Below are positions 1 to 12,529 of a DNA stretch of 64,000 bases, in pieces. The first letter of the stretch is position 1; every line of letters begins with the position of its first letter. Origin of the DNA: Mobula hypostoma. Its lineage: Eukaryota. The notes below the pieces were generated by a model. It saw only the letters and a program-made list of their open reading frames with translations. It made no database searches and was not told where the DNA came from. Made by a program: the position numbers and the translations under genes. Where the stretch lies: assembly GCF_963921235.1 (NCBI RefSeq), contig NC_086108.1, positions 9,238,001 through 9,302,000 on the forward strand. Reading direction: 5' to 3'.

Positions 1-217
1 TTCTGGGTCCTTGTCCAGTCTTGGGTTCAGAGTTGTAGCCTTGCCTCCTAGTCCATGGTTTCTAGTCCTGGTCCCACTTTCCCTAGCCCAAGTCTGTGTT
101 CTTGTCCTTGCTCCTGGTCTGAATCTTGTCACGTCCCTGCTCTAGTCAAGTCCTGTTCCATTTACTTCAGTGACTGTATCTCACATTTGGGTCTGTTTCC
201 AGCACCTCATAGTGACA
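1..217 (+). mobile_element. 3' end of an LTR-like element, same family as the solo LTR at 8379-10738
   Basis: Ends CATTTGGGTC...GTGACA at 217, resembling the end of the 8379-10738 element (CATTTGGGTCC...GTGACA). Similar CTAGTCC/GTCC-rich subrepeats. Confidence 0.5.
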
Positions 218-3200
218 CTTTCCTGTCTACTTGGAGAGACCTCCTAATCATTACCAGTGCCTCCTGGCAACTCAGGTCCCCCCCCCCACCTGTCATTTGA
301 CTGAGCTCAGCTTCATCCCCAGTTACTTTGGAGCCCAGTTTCCCTTCACTATCCAGCTGCAAGACTGCCTGTCCACTGCTAGTTCTCTCCCCACCCAGAT
401 CTGCATTAGCGTGGGGAGGTTTGGAAACCTCCATCAATTATTGGGAAGTTTGCAGAAGGTAACATATAACACAACACCATTTCCTCATCCTCTGAGTCCA
501 TACAGAATTCAGGTCTCCTTCTGGTCTCTCCACTGATTGCCTTTCTGTTCTTCCGCTTCACCGCAGAGTCCTCCCGTTAGGTGTAGGATCCATGCCAGGC
601 TGAGTCAGCGCATACCTCTTGTCCTAGAGGCAAATGTGGTTCCCATGGATAATTTTGACAGGCCCATTCCTGTCTGTTGGCTTCACCCAGAAAACTTGGC
701 ACATTTGGTATCTGGCTCTCCATTCCGGAAGGTGTAGCCACCCAGCAGTCAGCAAACCTGTGCTTCCCTGGTATCTCCAACTTCCTTATTAGATCTGTCT
801 CCAGGCATCAGTTGGGAGAACCTAATCTTTTGATCATATCTCCTCTTGTCTCCTTGATTCTGCTTGGTAGCAGAGACCTCTGCTAGTTCATAAGCCTTTT
901 GAAATTCCTTCCTTCATGCTTTAGATAGGTCTGTGGCAAATTAGTAAAGGTGCTGAGGAAGAGGATCTCTTGGAATGTATGCGGGATGGTTTTTTGAACC
1001 AACATGTCGAGGAACCGACTAGAGAGCAGGCTATTCTGGACTGGGTTTTGAGCAATGAGGAAGGGTTAATTAGTGATCTTGTCGTGAGGGGCCCCTTGGG
1101 TAAGAGTGACCATAATATGGTGGAATTCTTCATTAGGAGAGTGACATAGTTAATTCAGAAACAAAGGTTCTGAACTTAAAGAGGGGTAACTTTGAAGGTA
1201 TGAGACATGAATTAGCTAAGGTAGACTGGCAAATGACACTTAAAGGGTTGACGGTGGATATGCAATGGCAAGCATTTAAAGATTGCATGGATGAACTACA
1301 ACAATTGTTCATCCCAGTTTGGCAAAAGAATAAATCAAGGAAGGTAGTGCACCCGTGGCTGACAAGGGAAGTTAGGGATAGTATCAATTCCAAAGAAGTA
1401 GCATACAAATTAGCCAGAAAAAGTGGCTCACCTGAGGACTGGGAGAAATTCAGAATTCAGCAGAGGAGGACAAAGGGCTTAATTAGGAAGGGGAAAAAAG
1501 ATTATGAGAGAAAACTGGCAGGGAACATAAAAACTGACTGTAAAAGCTTTTATAGATATGTGAAAAGAAAAAGATTGCTTAAGACAAATGTAGGTCCCCT
1601 ACAGACAGAAACAGGTGAATTGATTATGGGGAGCAAGGACATGGCAGACCAATTGAATAACTACTTTGGTTCTGTCTTCACTAAGGAGGACATAAATAAT
1701 CTTCCAGAAATAGTAGGGGACAGAGGGTCCAGTGAGATGGAGGAACTGAGGGAAATGCATGTTAGTAGGGAAGTGGTGTTGAGTAAATTGAAGGGATTAA
1801 AGGCAGATAAATCCCCAGGGCCAGATGGTCTGCATCCCAGAGTGCTTAAGGAAGTAGCCCAAGAAATAGTGGATGCATTAGTGATAATTTTCCAAAACTG
1901 TTTAGATTCTGGACTAGTTCCTGAGGATTGGAGGATGGCTAATGTAACCCCGCTTTTTAAAAAAGGAGGGAGAGAGAAACTGGGGAATTATAGACCAGTT
2001 AGCCTAGCAGTGGTGGGGAAAATGCTAGAGTCAGTTACCAAAGATGTGATAACAGCACATTTGGAAAGTGGTGAAATCATTGGACAAAGTCAGCATGGAT
2101 TTGTGAAAGGAAAATCATGTCTGACAAATGTCATAGAATTTTTTGAGGATGTAACTAGTAGAGTGGATAAGGGAGAACCAGTGGATGTGGTATATTTGGA
2201 TTTTCAAAAGGCTTTTGACAAGGTCCCACACAGGAGATTAGTGTGCAAACTTAAAGCACACGGTATTGCAGGTATGGTATTGATGAGGATAGAGAATTGG
2301 CTGGCAGACAGGAAGCAAAGAGTGGGAATAAATGGGACCTTTTCAGAATGGCAGGCAGTGACTAGTGGGGTACTGCAAGGCTCAGTGCTGGGACCCCAGC
2401 TGTTTACAATATATATTAATGACTTAGATGAGGGAATTAAATGCAGCATCTCCAAGTTTGTGGATGACTTGAAGCTGGGCGACAGTGTTAGCTGTGAGGA
2501 GGATGCTAAGAGGATGCAGGGTGACTTGGATAGGTTAGGTGAGTGGGCAAATTCATGGCAGATGCAATTTAATGTGGATAAATGTGAAGATATCCACTTT
2601 GGTGGCAAAAACAGGAAAACAGATTATTATCTGAATGGTGGCCGATTAGGAAAAGGGGAGGTGCAACGAGACCTGGGTGTCATTATACACCAGTCATTGA
2701 AAGTGGGCATGCAGGTACAGCAGGCAGTGAAAAAGGCAAATGGTATGCTGGCATTTATAGCGAGAGGATTCGAGTACAGGAGCAGGGAGGTACTACTGCA
2801 GTTGTACAAGGCCTTGGTGAGACCACACCTGGAGTATTGTGTGCAGTTTTGGTCCCCTAATCTGAGGAAAGACATCCTTGCCATAGAGGGAGTACAAAGA
2901 AGGTTCACCAGATTGATTCCTGGATTGGCAGAACTTTCAAATGATGAAAGAGTGGATCGACTAGGCTTGTTGGAATTTAGAAGATTGAGGGGGGGATCTT
3001 ATTGAAACGTATAAAATCCTAAAGGAATTGAACAGGCTCGATGCAGGAAGATTGTTCCCGATGTTGGGGAAGTCCAGAATGAGGGGTCACAGTTTGAGGA
3101 TAAAGGGGAAGCCTTTTAGGACTGAGATGAGGAAAAACTTCGTCACAGAGTGGTGAATCTGGAATTCTCTGCCACAGGAAACATTTGAGGCCAGTTCATT

Positions 3201-3820
3201 GTCTATATTTAAGAGGGAGTTAGATATGGCCTTTGTGGCTAAAGGGATCAGGGGGTATGGAGGGAAGGCAGGTACAGGGTTCTGAGTTGGATGATCAGCC
3301 AAGATCGTACTGAATGGCAGTGCAGGCTCGAAGGGCCGAATGGCCTACTCCTGCACCTATTTTCTATGTTTTTATGTTTCCCCACCAGTCCCAAAATAGA
3401 GGTTTGCAGGCGATTTTACTTCACGCCCAAACATCAACAGGACGAGTATCCAGTAGCTTCATTCTGTGTACAGTTGTAGCAGGGGGCCAGATGCCCAATA
3501 TGCTGACTCCGTTTGCTCTTGCTGATATCCAGGGTTCCACGCATGTCAAGCAATGCCTGGTTGAACCTCTCAGGCTGGGGATCACCCTGAGGGTGGTAAA
3601 TCCTTGACTTCTCGACCCAAGCATGCTCAGTAATTCATGTATGAGCCTACTCTCAAAATCCCTCCCCTGATCGCTGTGTATCAATCTGGAAAGACCATAA
3701 TGAATTAAATACTTTTCCCACAACACTTCGGTCATGGTGGACGCCCTGTGATCCTTTGTAGGAAAGGCTTGAGCATATCTGGTATAGTGATCAGTAATAA
3801 CCAAGACATTCAGTGTTGTT
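218..3820 (-). mobile_element. Degenerate Gypsy pol (integrase) remnant, split by a CR1 insertion
   Basis: ORF 3421-3804(-) VITDHYTRYAQAFPTKD...IHSDQGRDFESRLIHEL is an integrase core. ORF 577-780(-) PGKHRFAD...ESQIPNVP matches the integrase C-terminal region of the Gypsy at about 53270-53420. The left boundary is approximate. Confidence 0.8.
921..3380 (+). mobile_element. 5'-truncated CR1 LINE; ORF2 fragment 1200-3005 (601 aa, RT domain)
   Basis: KSPGPDGLHPRVLKE, NYRPVSL, YLDFQKAFDKVPH, GVLQGSVLGP and KFVDD (FADD variant) motifs. 3' UTR ends in a (TTCTATGT)-like tail at 3362-3380. Confidence 0.95.
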
Positions 3821-3825
3821 GCTGG

Positions 3826-5131
3826 AACACGAGGAATTCTGCAGATGCTAATAATTCAAGCAACACGCATCAAGGTTGCTGGTGAACGCAGCAGGCCAGG
3901 CAGCATCTCTAGGAAGAGGTACAGTTGACGTTTTGGGCCAAGGCCCTTCGTCAGGACTAACTGAAGGAAGAGCTAGTAAAAGATTTTAAAAGGGGAGGGG
4001 GAGATCCAAAATGATAGGAGAAGATGGGGGGGCGGGGGGGGGGGGATGGAGCCAAGAGCTGGACAGGTGATTGGCAAAGGGAATATGAGAGGATCATGGC
4101 ACAGGAGGCCCAGGGAGAAGGAAAGCGGGGAGGGGGAAAAAATCCAGAGGATGGTCAAGGGTATAGGCAGAGGGAGAAAAAGGAGTGAGAAAGAATGTGT
4201 ATAAAAATAAATAACGGATGGGGTACAAGGGGGAGGTGGGGTATTAGCAGAAATTGGAGAAGTCAATGTTCATGCCATCAGGTTGGAGGCTACCCAGATG
4301 GAATATAAGGTGTTGTTCCTCCAACCTGAGTGTGGCTTCATCTTTACAGTAGAGGAGGCCGTGGACAGACATGTCAGAATGGGAATGGGATGTGGAATTA
4401 AAATGTGTGGCCACTGGGAGATCCTGCTTTCTCTGGTGGACAGAGTGTAGGTGTTCAGCAAAATGATCTCCCAGTCTGTGTCGGGTCTCGCCAATATATA
4501 TAGAAGACCACATCGGGAGCACCGGACGCAGTAAATCACCCCAGCCGACTCACAGGTGAAGGGTTGCCTCACCTGGAAGGACTGTCTGGGGCCCTGAATG
4601 GTGGTGAGGGAGGAAGTGTAAGGGCATGTGTAGCACTTGTTCTGCTTACAAGGGTAAGTGCCAGGAGGGAGATCAGTGGGGAGGGATGGGGGGTACAAAT
4701 GGACAAGGAAGTTGCGTAGGGAGCAATCCCTGCGGAAAGCAGAGGGAGGCGGGGAGGGAAAGATGTGCTTAGTGGTGGGATACCATTGGAGGTGGCGGAA
4801 TAATATGTTGGACCTGGAGGCTGGTGGGGTGGTAGGTGAGGATCAGGGGAACCCTATTCCTAGTGGGGTGACAGGAGGATGGAGTGAGAGCAGATGTGCG
4901 TGAAATGGGGGAGATGCGTTTGACAGCAGAGTCAGAGTACTGACTCATAGCTATCTGAACTATTCCTCTTCTCAACCTATCCCTTGCAAAAATGTCATCC
5001 CCTTCTCGCAATTCCTTCGTCTCCGCCACATCTGCTCTCAGGATGAGGCTTTTCATTCCAGGACGAGGGAGATGTCCTTTTTCTTATGTAAAGAAAAGGG
5101 CTTCCCTTCCTCCACCATCAACTCTGCTCTT
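3826..5131 (-). mobile_element. Penelope-like retroelement fragment (GIY-YIG endonuclease plus pseudo-LTR), with an inverted RT-thumb segment at about 4938-5131
   Basis: Frameshifted GVIYCVRCSRCGLLY / YIGETRHRLGDHFAEHL on the minus strand. Plus-strand segment encodes VIPFSQFLRLRHICSQDEAFHSRTREM. The pLTR at 3826-3975 is shared with 46206-46477. Confidence 0.9.
3923..3958 (-). ncRNA. Degenerate minimal type-I hammerhead ribozyme in the Penelope pLTR
   Basis: Minus strand reads agtc CTGACGA a GGGC cttg GCCC AAAA CG TC aact: core CUGANGA and a perfect stem II, with GAAA mutated to AAAA. Confidence 0.65.
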
Positions 5132-5269
5132 GACTTTATGCACAGGCTGGGACCTTATTCCTTCCAGTAAATTAATTCTTAGTAAAAAAATGAATGAGAT
5201 ATTAGATACTAGAGTGGCTCTGGGCTTGAATTCACTGAAATTCAAAAGCATGAGTTTCTCGTTGAAACC

Positions 5270-5620
5270 AATTGAACATTGAAAGACCTCAATACAGAGG
5301 ATGTGGAGAGGATATTTCCTATGGTGGGAGAGCCTGACAGAGGGGTGTCCTTTTAGAACAGAGTTGAGGAGGAATTTCTTTATTCAGAGTGGTGAATCTG
5401 TGGAATTCATTGCCACAGGCAGCTATTGGAGGCCAAATCATTGGGTACATTTAAGGCAAATGTTGATAGATTCTTGATTAGTCAGGGCATGAAGGGATAC
5501 GGGGAGAAGGCAAGGGATTGGGGCTGGGAGGAACTGTGGATTGGCCATGATGAAGTGGCAGAGCAGACTCGATGGGCCAAATGGTCCAATTCTGTTCCCA
5601 TATTTTGTTGTCTTATGGTC
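5270..5620 (+). mobile_element. CR1 3' fragment
   Basis: AGAGTGGTGAATCTGTGGAATTCATTGCCACAG motif plus CR1 3' UTR and tail. Confidence 0.8.
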
Positions 5621-6399
5621 TTCTCATCTGTCCTATCAGGTGGATATTCTTAAAGGTTCCTGTGGCCACTATTTCAAAGATGTATCCTTGTGATGTTGAA
5701 GCTAATGTATTTCCAGTCAAAATAAAAACATACGATGGCCACCTAGAAATTTGTGGCACTTGCTGTATGTATTCTGACAGAAACAACACTTCAACACAAC
5801 TACTTTGTCATCCTCAGAGATTACATTAATAAAATACTTTCAGTGGCCACTTTATTAGGTACCTTCTATACCTCAAAAAGGCCACTGAATGCATGCTATG
5901 TGTTGGGGGGCAGAAGGTGCTCGGGAAGCTGAAAGTGGATAAGTCACCTGGACCAGATGGACTGCACCCCAGGGTTCTGAAAGAGGCATAACACACACAA
6001 TGCTGGAGGAACTCAGCAGGCTAGGCAGCATCTATGGAAAAAAGTAAACAGTCGATGTTTCAAGTTGATACTCCATCAGGATTGGGGGGAAGAAAGATTA
6101 GAAGTCAGAATAAAAAGGTGGGGGAAGAGGAAGATTACAAGGTAGTAGGTGATAGCAGAGGGAGAGGGGTGAAATAAAGAGCTGGGAAGTCGGAATTCAT
6201 TGCCACAGAAGGCAGTAGAGGCCAAACCATTGGGTATATTTAAAGTGGAGTTTGCTAGGTTCTTGATTAGTCAGGGCATGAAATGTTATGGGGAGAAGGC
6301 AGGAGATTGGGGCTGAGAAGAAAAATGGATCAGCCATGTTGAAAAGGTGGGGCAGATGATGGGCCAAATGGCCTAATTCTACTTCTATATCTTCTTATT

Positions 6400-6850
6400 G
6401 TCATATGGACTTCTGCTGCTGCAAAAGGTTGATGTGTTGTGCATTCAGAGATGCTCTTCTGCCTGCCACTGTTATGAGAGTTACTGTTGTCTTCCTGTCA
6501 GCTTGAACCAGTCTGCCCATTCTCTTCTGACCTCTCATTAACAAGGAATTTTCACCCACAGAACTGCCACTCACGATTTTTTTTGTTTTTTGCACCATTC
6601 TCTAAACTCTACACACTGTTGTGTATGAAAATCCTAGGAGATCAGCAGTTTCTGAGATACTCAGATCACCCCATCTGGAACCAACAACCATTCCACAGTT
6701 AAAGTAACTTAGATCACATTTCTTCCCTATTCTGATATTTCGTCTGAACAACCAAACCTCCTGCCCATGTCTGCAGGCTTTTATGCATTGAGATGCTGGC
6801 CCATGATTGTCCAATTAGGTGTTTGCATTAATGAGCAGGTGTACAGGTGT
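6400..6850 (-). mobile_element. Non-autonomous Tc1/mariner derivative (N-terminal HTH remnant)
   Basis: Translates GKKCDLSYFNCGMVVGSRWGDLSISETADLLGFSYTTVCRV. The same family occurs at about 10756-11335(+), with TIR-like CAGTGGCCACTTTATTAGG at about 5841 and 8059. Confidence 0.75.
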
Positions 6851-7149
6851 ATACGCTTGGGTTCAATGAAAAACTAAGTGCAGAAGCATCACGAGTACCT
6901 AGTAAGGACAACAGGGTATCGTAGAAGTTAGCATAATGCTCAATATTACAGCACCAGCTGTAAGATTGAGGTTCAATTTGCATTGCTGTCTATAAGGAGT
7001 CTGCACGTTCTCCCCGTGAGTTGTATACTTCGCATTAGTCAGTTGTGAGAAGGCCATGCTGGCACCAGAAGCGTGGCAACACTTGCAGGATTCCCCCAGC
7101 TGATTCTCGCTGCTCCTCACTCATTTGATTTGATTTAAGTGATGTATTT

Positions 7150-7425
7150 CATCATCATCTTCATCGTTATGTGCTGTGTTGTATGACATGGGTGATCAAG
7201 GTCTTTCCATGACTGTGATTGTTCTTGGCAAATTTTTCTACAGAAGTGGTTTGCCATTGCCTTCACCTGGGCAGTGTCTTTACAAGACTGGTGATACCAG
7301 CCATTATCAATGCTCTTCAGAGATTGTCTGCCTGACGTCAGTGGTCACGTAACCAGGACTTGTGATCTGCACCAGCTGATCATACAACCTTCCACCACCT
7401 GCTTTCATGGTTTCACATGACCCTA
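7150..7425 (-). mobile_element. Dispersed SINE-like repeat with a (GAT)n tail; second copy at about 58108-58475(+)
   Basis: Reverse complement matches 58240-58475 (CACAAGTCCTGG...CAGGCAGACAATCTCTGAAG...AAACCACTTCTGTAGAAAAATTTGCCAAGAACAATC). Confidence 0.65.
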
Positions 7426-8887
7426 CATAAATAGAGCCAGATGACACAGCATTACTCCAGGGCCAAGGTGCAAGACACAGTACCAATGGTCAAACACAGC
7501 AGTGAGCACACATAGCACATAAAGATAGCAAGCACACATAAGATATCCGTAAAATACAACCTGCAAATAGTATCTCCAATCCCACAACTACTGCCTCCAA
7601 GGACAAGAGCCTCAGACAGAGGATTGCCACCACTTGTATTTTCCTTGCCAAATTGTACATTACCCTGACCTATCATTGTCTGGTCTAAATCCTGGGACTT
7701 CCCTCTCAACAGCCCTGTGGGAGCACCTTCACCAGAAGGACTATGGCAGTTCATCTTAAGTTGTCTGAAATGATTTGAGGTAATTGTGTCAGGTTCAGGA
7801 AAAGCTCCTACAACCTTGAAGTGTTACTTTGGATCAATAAATCACACACGATTAAATGTACAGAACTCTGGCATGTGACGCTTAGCAGCAAACACTTCTG
7901 TTGACACCAACACATCAGATCTTTTCATAAGGACTCTTTCACAAATGCTCCAGATTTAAACTTCAATTTCATCTGAGATTTGGAGTATGACAGCAAATGT
8001 CAAAATGACTAAACGAGCTCACACTCAAGTTTTCTTTCTCCCTGGGCAAACATACGCTCAGTGGCCACTTTATTAGGTACAGCTGTAGACCTGCTGGTTA
8101 ATGCAAAGAGAATGCTGTGAAAAAAAATCCAGTGAGTGGCAGTTCTGTGAGCAAAAATTCCTTGTACAAAAGCATGCAGACCTGGTCAAGACATGGAATG
8201 GGAATGAGAACGATGAGCTCAGGTGACAGGGAAATCTAGAGCACCTTGTGCCCCCTCAACAGCTCCCAAGACACCAGCTTCAGAGTGCCCAGAGGCGTAA
8301 TCTTCACTCAGCATGAACAGAAGAACAATTTATAACCTCAAGAGATCCTGCAGATGCCGGAAATCCGGAGACACACACTGTCATGGTCCGGATCAGGTTC
8401 CCTTTAAATTTACTTTGTTTGCGTTACAATCCGGACCGTTGACTCCATGTTTCCCTTTGGTTCCCTGTTTTCCCGTGTCCCTTGGGCTCGGTGATTGGAG
8501 GCAATTTGCTGTCGGCTGCACCGGCAGTTTATAAGTCTCCGGCTTTCAGCTATTCGGTGCGAGAGCATTAACGAAGTTACCGAAGGGAGACTGTCATCTG
8601 GCTGGAGCTAGTCCTCCCGAAGCGAGTGCCAGCAAGCCGCCTTCCCCTGCCAGAGCGGGTTAGTCAGTTAACCCGCCGGGGTGGGTCAGGAGCTCGCCGC
8701 TGCTTGGAGCGTTATAGTTATCGTTGTGTGGTCTCTGTCTCCATGTCCTGCGTCTAAAAGGGGTCCCGGCCCTGTACCCTGGAAGGGTCCTGACCCTGTG
8801 TCACGAAGAGTCTCGACTCCGTCCTGTGTCTAAGGAGGATTCCCGGCTCGGTTATTTATGTACTGTGTCTGAGTCTGGCCCCTGAAT

Positions 8888-10389
8888 TGTCACGTGACCG
8901 GCAACAATGACTATATCGAGTCAGGATTTATAAACAAACAAGCATTTATTAAACCCTGATAAACAATAATAAAAAAACGAAAACCCCAATCGGAAGTAAA
9001 CGGCTATGCGGCCATTCATTAACCTGCTACTCAGTACTAACTCTTAAAGTGATAAATGCTAAACCAGTTCTTAAATAGACAATGGGTGCAGAAGTAGACC
9101 ATTCGGCCCTTCGAGCCTGCACCGCCATTCTGAGATCATGGCTGATCATATACTATCAATACCTGGTTCCTGCCTTGTCCCCATGACCCTTGATTCCCCT
9201 ATCCGTAAGATATCTATCTAGCTCCTTCTTGAAAGCATCCAGAGAATTGCCCTCCACTGCCTTCTGAGGCAGCGCGTTCCACACCTCCACAACTCTCTGG
9301 GAGAAGAAGTTCCTCCTCAACTCAGTCCTAAATGACCTACCCCTTATTCTTAAACCATGCCCTCTGGTACTGGACTCACCCAGCATCTAGAACATATTTC
9401 CTGCCTCTATCTTGTCCAATCCCTTAATAATCTTGTATGTCTTGATCAGATTCCCCCCCTCAATCTCCTTAATTCCAGCGTGTACAAGCCCAGTTTCTTT
9501 AACCTCTCTGCGTAAGACAGTCCAGACATCCCAGGAATTAACCTAGTGAACCTACGCTGCACCTCCTCCACAGCCAGGATGTCCTTCCTTAACCCTGGAG
9601 ACCAAAACTGCACACAAAACTCCAGGTGTGGTCTCACCAGGGACCTGTACAAATGCAAAAGGATTTCCTTGCTCTTGTACTCAATTCCTTTTGTAACAAA
9701 GGCCAACATTCCATTAGCCTTCTTCGCGATAAATTCAAACACAGTTCTTTGAATGGTAAATTTTTAAGTCCAAGAAATTTATATAGTCAATTAGGAGAGA
9801 CTTTCATGAAGTAACGAATTCCTCGAAGACACGACGTCACTGCCACTCCCAGCCAGGTCCTGCCTTGTCCACAGAATTCACGATGATGGAAATAAAACTG
9901 TTTTAAAGGTACGGACCTTCCTCCGTAGAATAGATCCTGCACAGCCTTTTTGCTGCCTTTTTGGCAGAGGCTATCTCATGCAGATCACTCTTTCTTGAAT
10001 GAATTCAATAATGGTCGATCCTTTCCAAACCCGTCGAACGTCTCCGTCAGGGTCCCGTCTTCACTCTCCAATGTTACTGAAAATATACATTAACAAATCT
10101 GGCAGCGATTGGTCAAATTGCTGGCCCAGACTTCTGTACCTTACAATAGAACATAAAACTCCATTTAAAATCAAAACTGCGCCAAAATGCAAATACGCAG
10201 TGGAGCGGAGTATCTCATTTATGTTCTAACTGGAAGTTAACTGCGTCACCAAGGGTCTTCCCTTTTATACCCGTGGGGAACCTGTCATCACATGACCTTA
10301 CATTGGTGGGAAAATTACATCAGGTGACCTCCAAAAGACCATTACATCATTCTCACAAGAAAGTCACAAGATCTCCATGAGGTATGTAA
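8888..10389 (-). mobile_element. Solo LTR (inner, antisense)
   Basis: Starts TGTCACG at 8888. Minus-strand TATAAAAGG at 10261-10269 and AATAAA at 8945-8950. The right terminus is degenerate (TGTAA). Confidence 0.6.
9076..9725 (-). mobile_element. CR1 3' fragment nested in the inner LTR
   Basis: ORFs 9446-9742 and 9156-9386(-): KKANGMLAF...RPHLEFCVQFWSP...RRNFFSQRVV, plus a CR1 3' UTR. Confidence 0.9.
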
Positions 10390-10755
10390 GAGTCCCGACT
10401 CCATCATGTGTCTAAGAAGGATTCCCGGCTCAACGTTTTATGTCCTGTGTCTGAGTCTGTCCCATGAATAAGAAGAGTTTCTGGCCCTGGAGGCTTCAAG
10501 TATCAAGTCCTGGCTCTGGGGGTTTCAAGTATCAAGTCCTGGCTCCGAGGTCTGTGTTCCGAGTTCTAGCCCAGACCCTTAGTCCCAGCCTAGTCCAGAC
10601 CCTTAGTCCTTGTCCATTACGCTATTCCTGCTTCTGCTTTGCTCTCCTTGTAATGAGCAATAAACTCAATTTAGTTAACCACACAAGACATGTTTGTCTC
10701 TTGCATTTGGGTCCGTGCCCGGCGCCCCCCTTGTGACACACAGAGAAAATGCTGG

Positions 10756-11335
10756 AGGTTCAGTTGTTGTTCAGATCAAACATCAGAATGGGGAAGAAAT
10801 GTGATCTAAATTACTTTGACCATGGCATGATTATTGGTGCCAGACAGAGTGGTTTGAATATCTTAGAAACTGCTGATCACCTAGGACAGGGGTCCCCAAC
10901 CTTTTTTGCACCACGGACCGTTTTAATATTGACAATATACTTGAGGACCGGCTGACCCGGGCGGGGGGGGGAGTGTTCAAGTAGGGTTATACTCACCTCA
11001 ACATGTGGTTGGGGACCGTTGACCTAGGATTTTCACACACAGCAGTCTCTTGAGTTTACAGAGAAGAGTGTGAAAAATAAAAAAAAAACACCCATAGATT
11101 GGCAGTTCTGTGGATAAAAATGCCTGGTCAATGAGAGGTCAGAGGAGAGCAGCCAGACTGGTTCAAGCTGACAGTAACCCAAATAACCACACGTTAGAAC
11201 AGTGATGTGCAGAACGGCATCTTGAATGCACGTTGAATCTTGAATTTAAAGGGCTACAGCAGCAGAAGACCACAAACATACACTCAATGGCCTCTTTATT
11301 AAATACAGGAAGTAGCTAGTAAAGTGGCCATGAAG
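10756..11335 (+). mobile_element. Non-autonomous Tc1/mariner derivative
   Basis: MGKKCDLNYFDHGMIIGARQSGLNILETAD remnant; homologous to 6400-6850. Confidence 0.7.
10887..11021. mobile_element. 135-bp hAT (Charlie/Buster-like) MITE
   Basis: TIRs CAGGGGTCCCCAACC / GGTTGGGGACCGTTG. Perfect 8-bp TSD ACCTAGGA at 10879-10886 and 11022-11029. Confidence 0.85.
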
Positions 11336-11559
11336 TATATGTATTTCAGCACATGACAATAAACTCTACTTTGACTCGCACTTGAGAAAATACACACTTT
11401 CTAAACCTTTTCTTCACCAATTAAAGTTTCAAGGTTCAAAGTACATTTATTATGAAAGTATGAATGCAGTGTACATCCTGAAGTTTGTCTTCCCCACAGT
11501 CACGAAACAAAACACCATGGAAGCAAACCATTGAAAAAATATCAAATGCCCCTCCCGTG

Positions 11560-12182
11560 ACATAGTCATAGTCATACTTTATTGATCCCGAGGGAAATTG
11601 GGTTTCATTACAGTTGCACCAACCAAGAATAGAGTATAAATATAGCAATATAAAACCATAATAATTAAATAATAATATGTAAATTATGCCAGGAAATAAG
11701 TCCAGGACCAGCCTATTGGCTCAGCGTGTCTGACCCTCCAAGGGAGAAGATGTAAAGTTTGATGGCCACAGGCAGGAATGACTTCCTATGACACTCTGTG
11801 TTGCATCTCGGTGGAATGAGTCTCTGGCTGAATGTACTCCTGTGCCCAACCGGTATATTATGTAGTGGATGGGAGACATTGTCCAAGATGGCATGCAACT
11901 TGGACAGCATCCTCTTTTCAGACACCACCGTGAGAGAGTCCAGTTCCAACCTCACAACATTTCTGGCCTTACGAATGAGTTTGTTGATTCTGTTGGTGTC
12001 TGCTACCCTCAGCCTGCTGCCCCAGCACACAACAGCAAACATGATCGCACTGGCCACCACAGACTTGTAGAACATCCTCAGCATCGTCCGGCAGATGTTA
12101 AAGGACCTCAGTCTCCTCAGGAAATAGAGACGGCTCTGACCCTTCTTGTAGACAGCCTCAGTGTTCTTTGACCAGTCCAGTT
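11560..12182 (-). mobile_element. Rex1/Babar-like LINE 3' fragment
   Basis: ORF 11713-12219(-) LDWSKNTEAVYKKGQSRLYFLRRLRSF...HPLH...SFLPVAIKL. Short tandem tail (CATAGT)n near 11560-11577. Confidence 0.85.
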
Positions 12183-12529
12183 GAGTCCAGACATACAAAA
12201 AAAACACAAACAGCAACAATAAAAGAGCAAAAACACAGAAGATAAGTCAAAAGACATATTTCAATACAGTTCAGCTCGATGTTCATTATCTCCAGGAAAA
12301 TCGCCCAAAAGTAGGAACAAAAAAGAACAATCTGAACTGGAAGGAGAACCTAGACCACATCATAAACCTGAATTACACCCGAACTCTACAATCCTTATCG
12401 ATTACACCTTGTGTTTTGCATTTTTCTGTTTAATACCACTAATAAACTTGCAAATCAGGTAACACTTGAATAGATAAATGTGCAGAATGGTCTATAGGTC
12501 GCATCCAATGCTGTTTTGTCACCTCCAAC

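Larger units (their letters stand above)
8379..10738 (+). mobile_element. Solo LTR (outer), interrupted by a second LTR
   Basis: TGTCA...TGACA termini, TATA-like TTTATAA at 8528 and AATAAA at 10659. Internal subrepeats continue across the nested insert. Inserted into a CA run of a Penelope-type pLTR remnant. Confidence 0.7.

Noticed and set aside
1200..3005. 601-aa RT ORF as a host gene or a retron/DGR-type system
   Set aside because: Typical CR1 ORF2, 5'-truncated, with a C-terminal frameshift and a CR1 tail.
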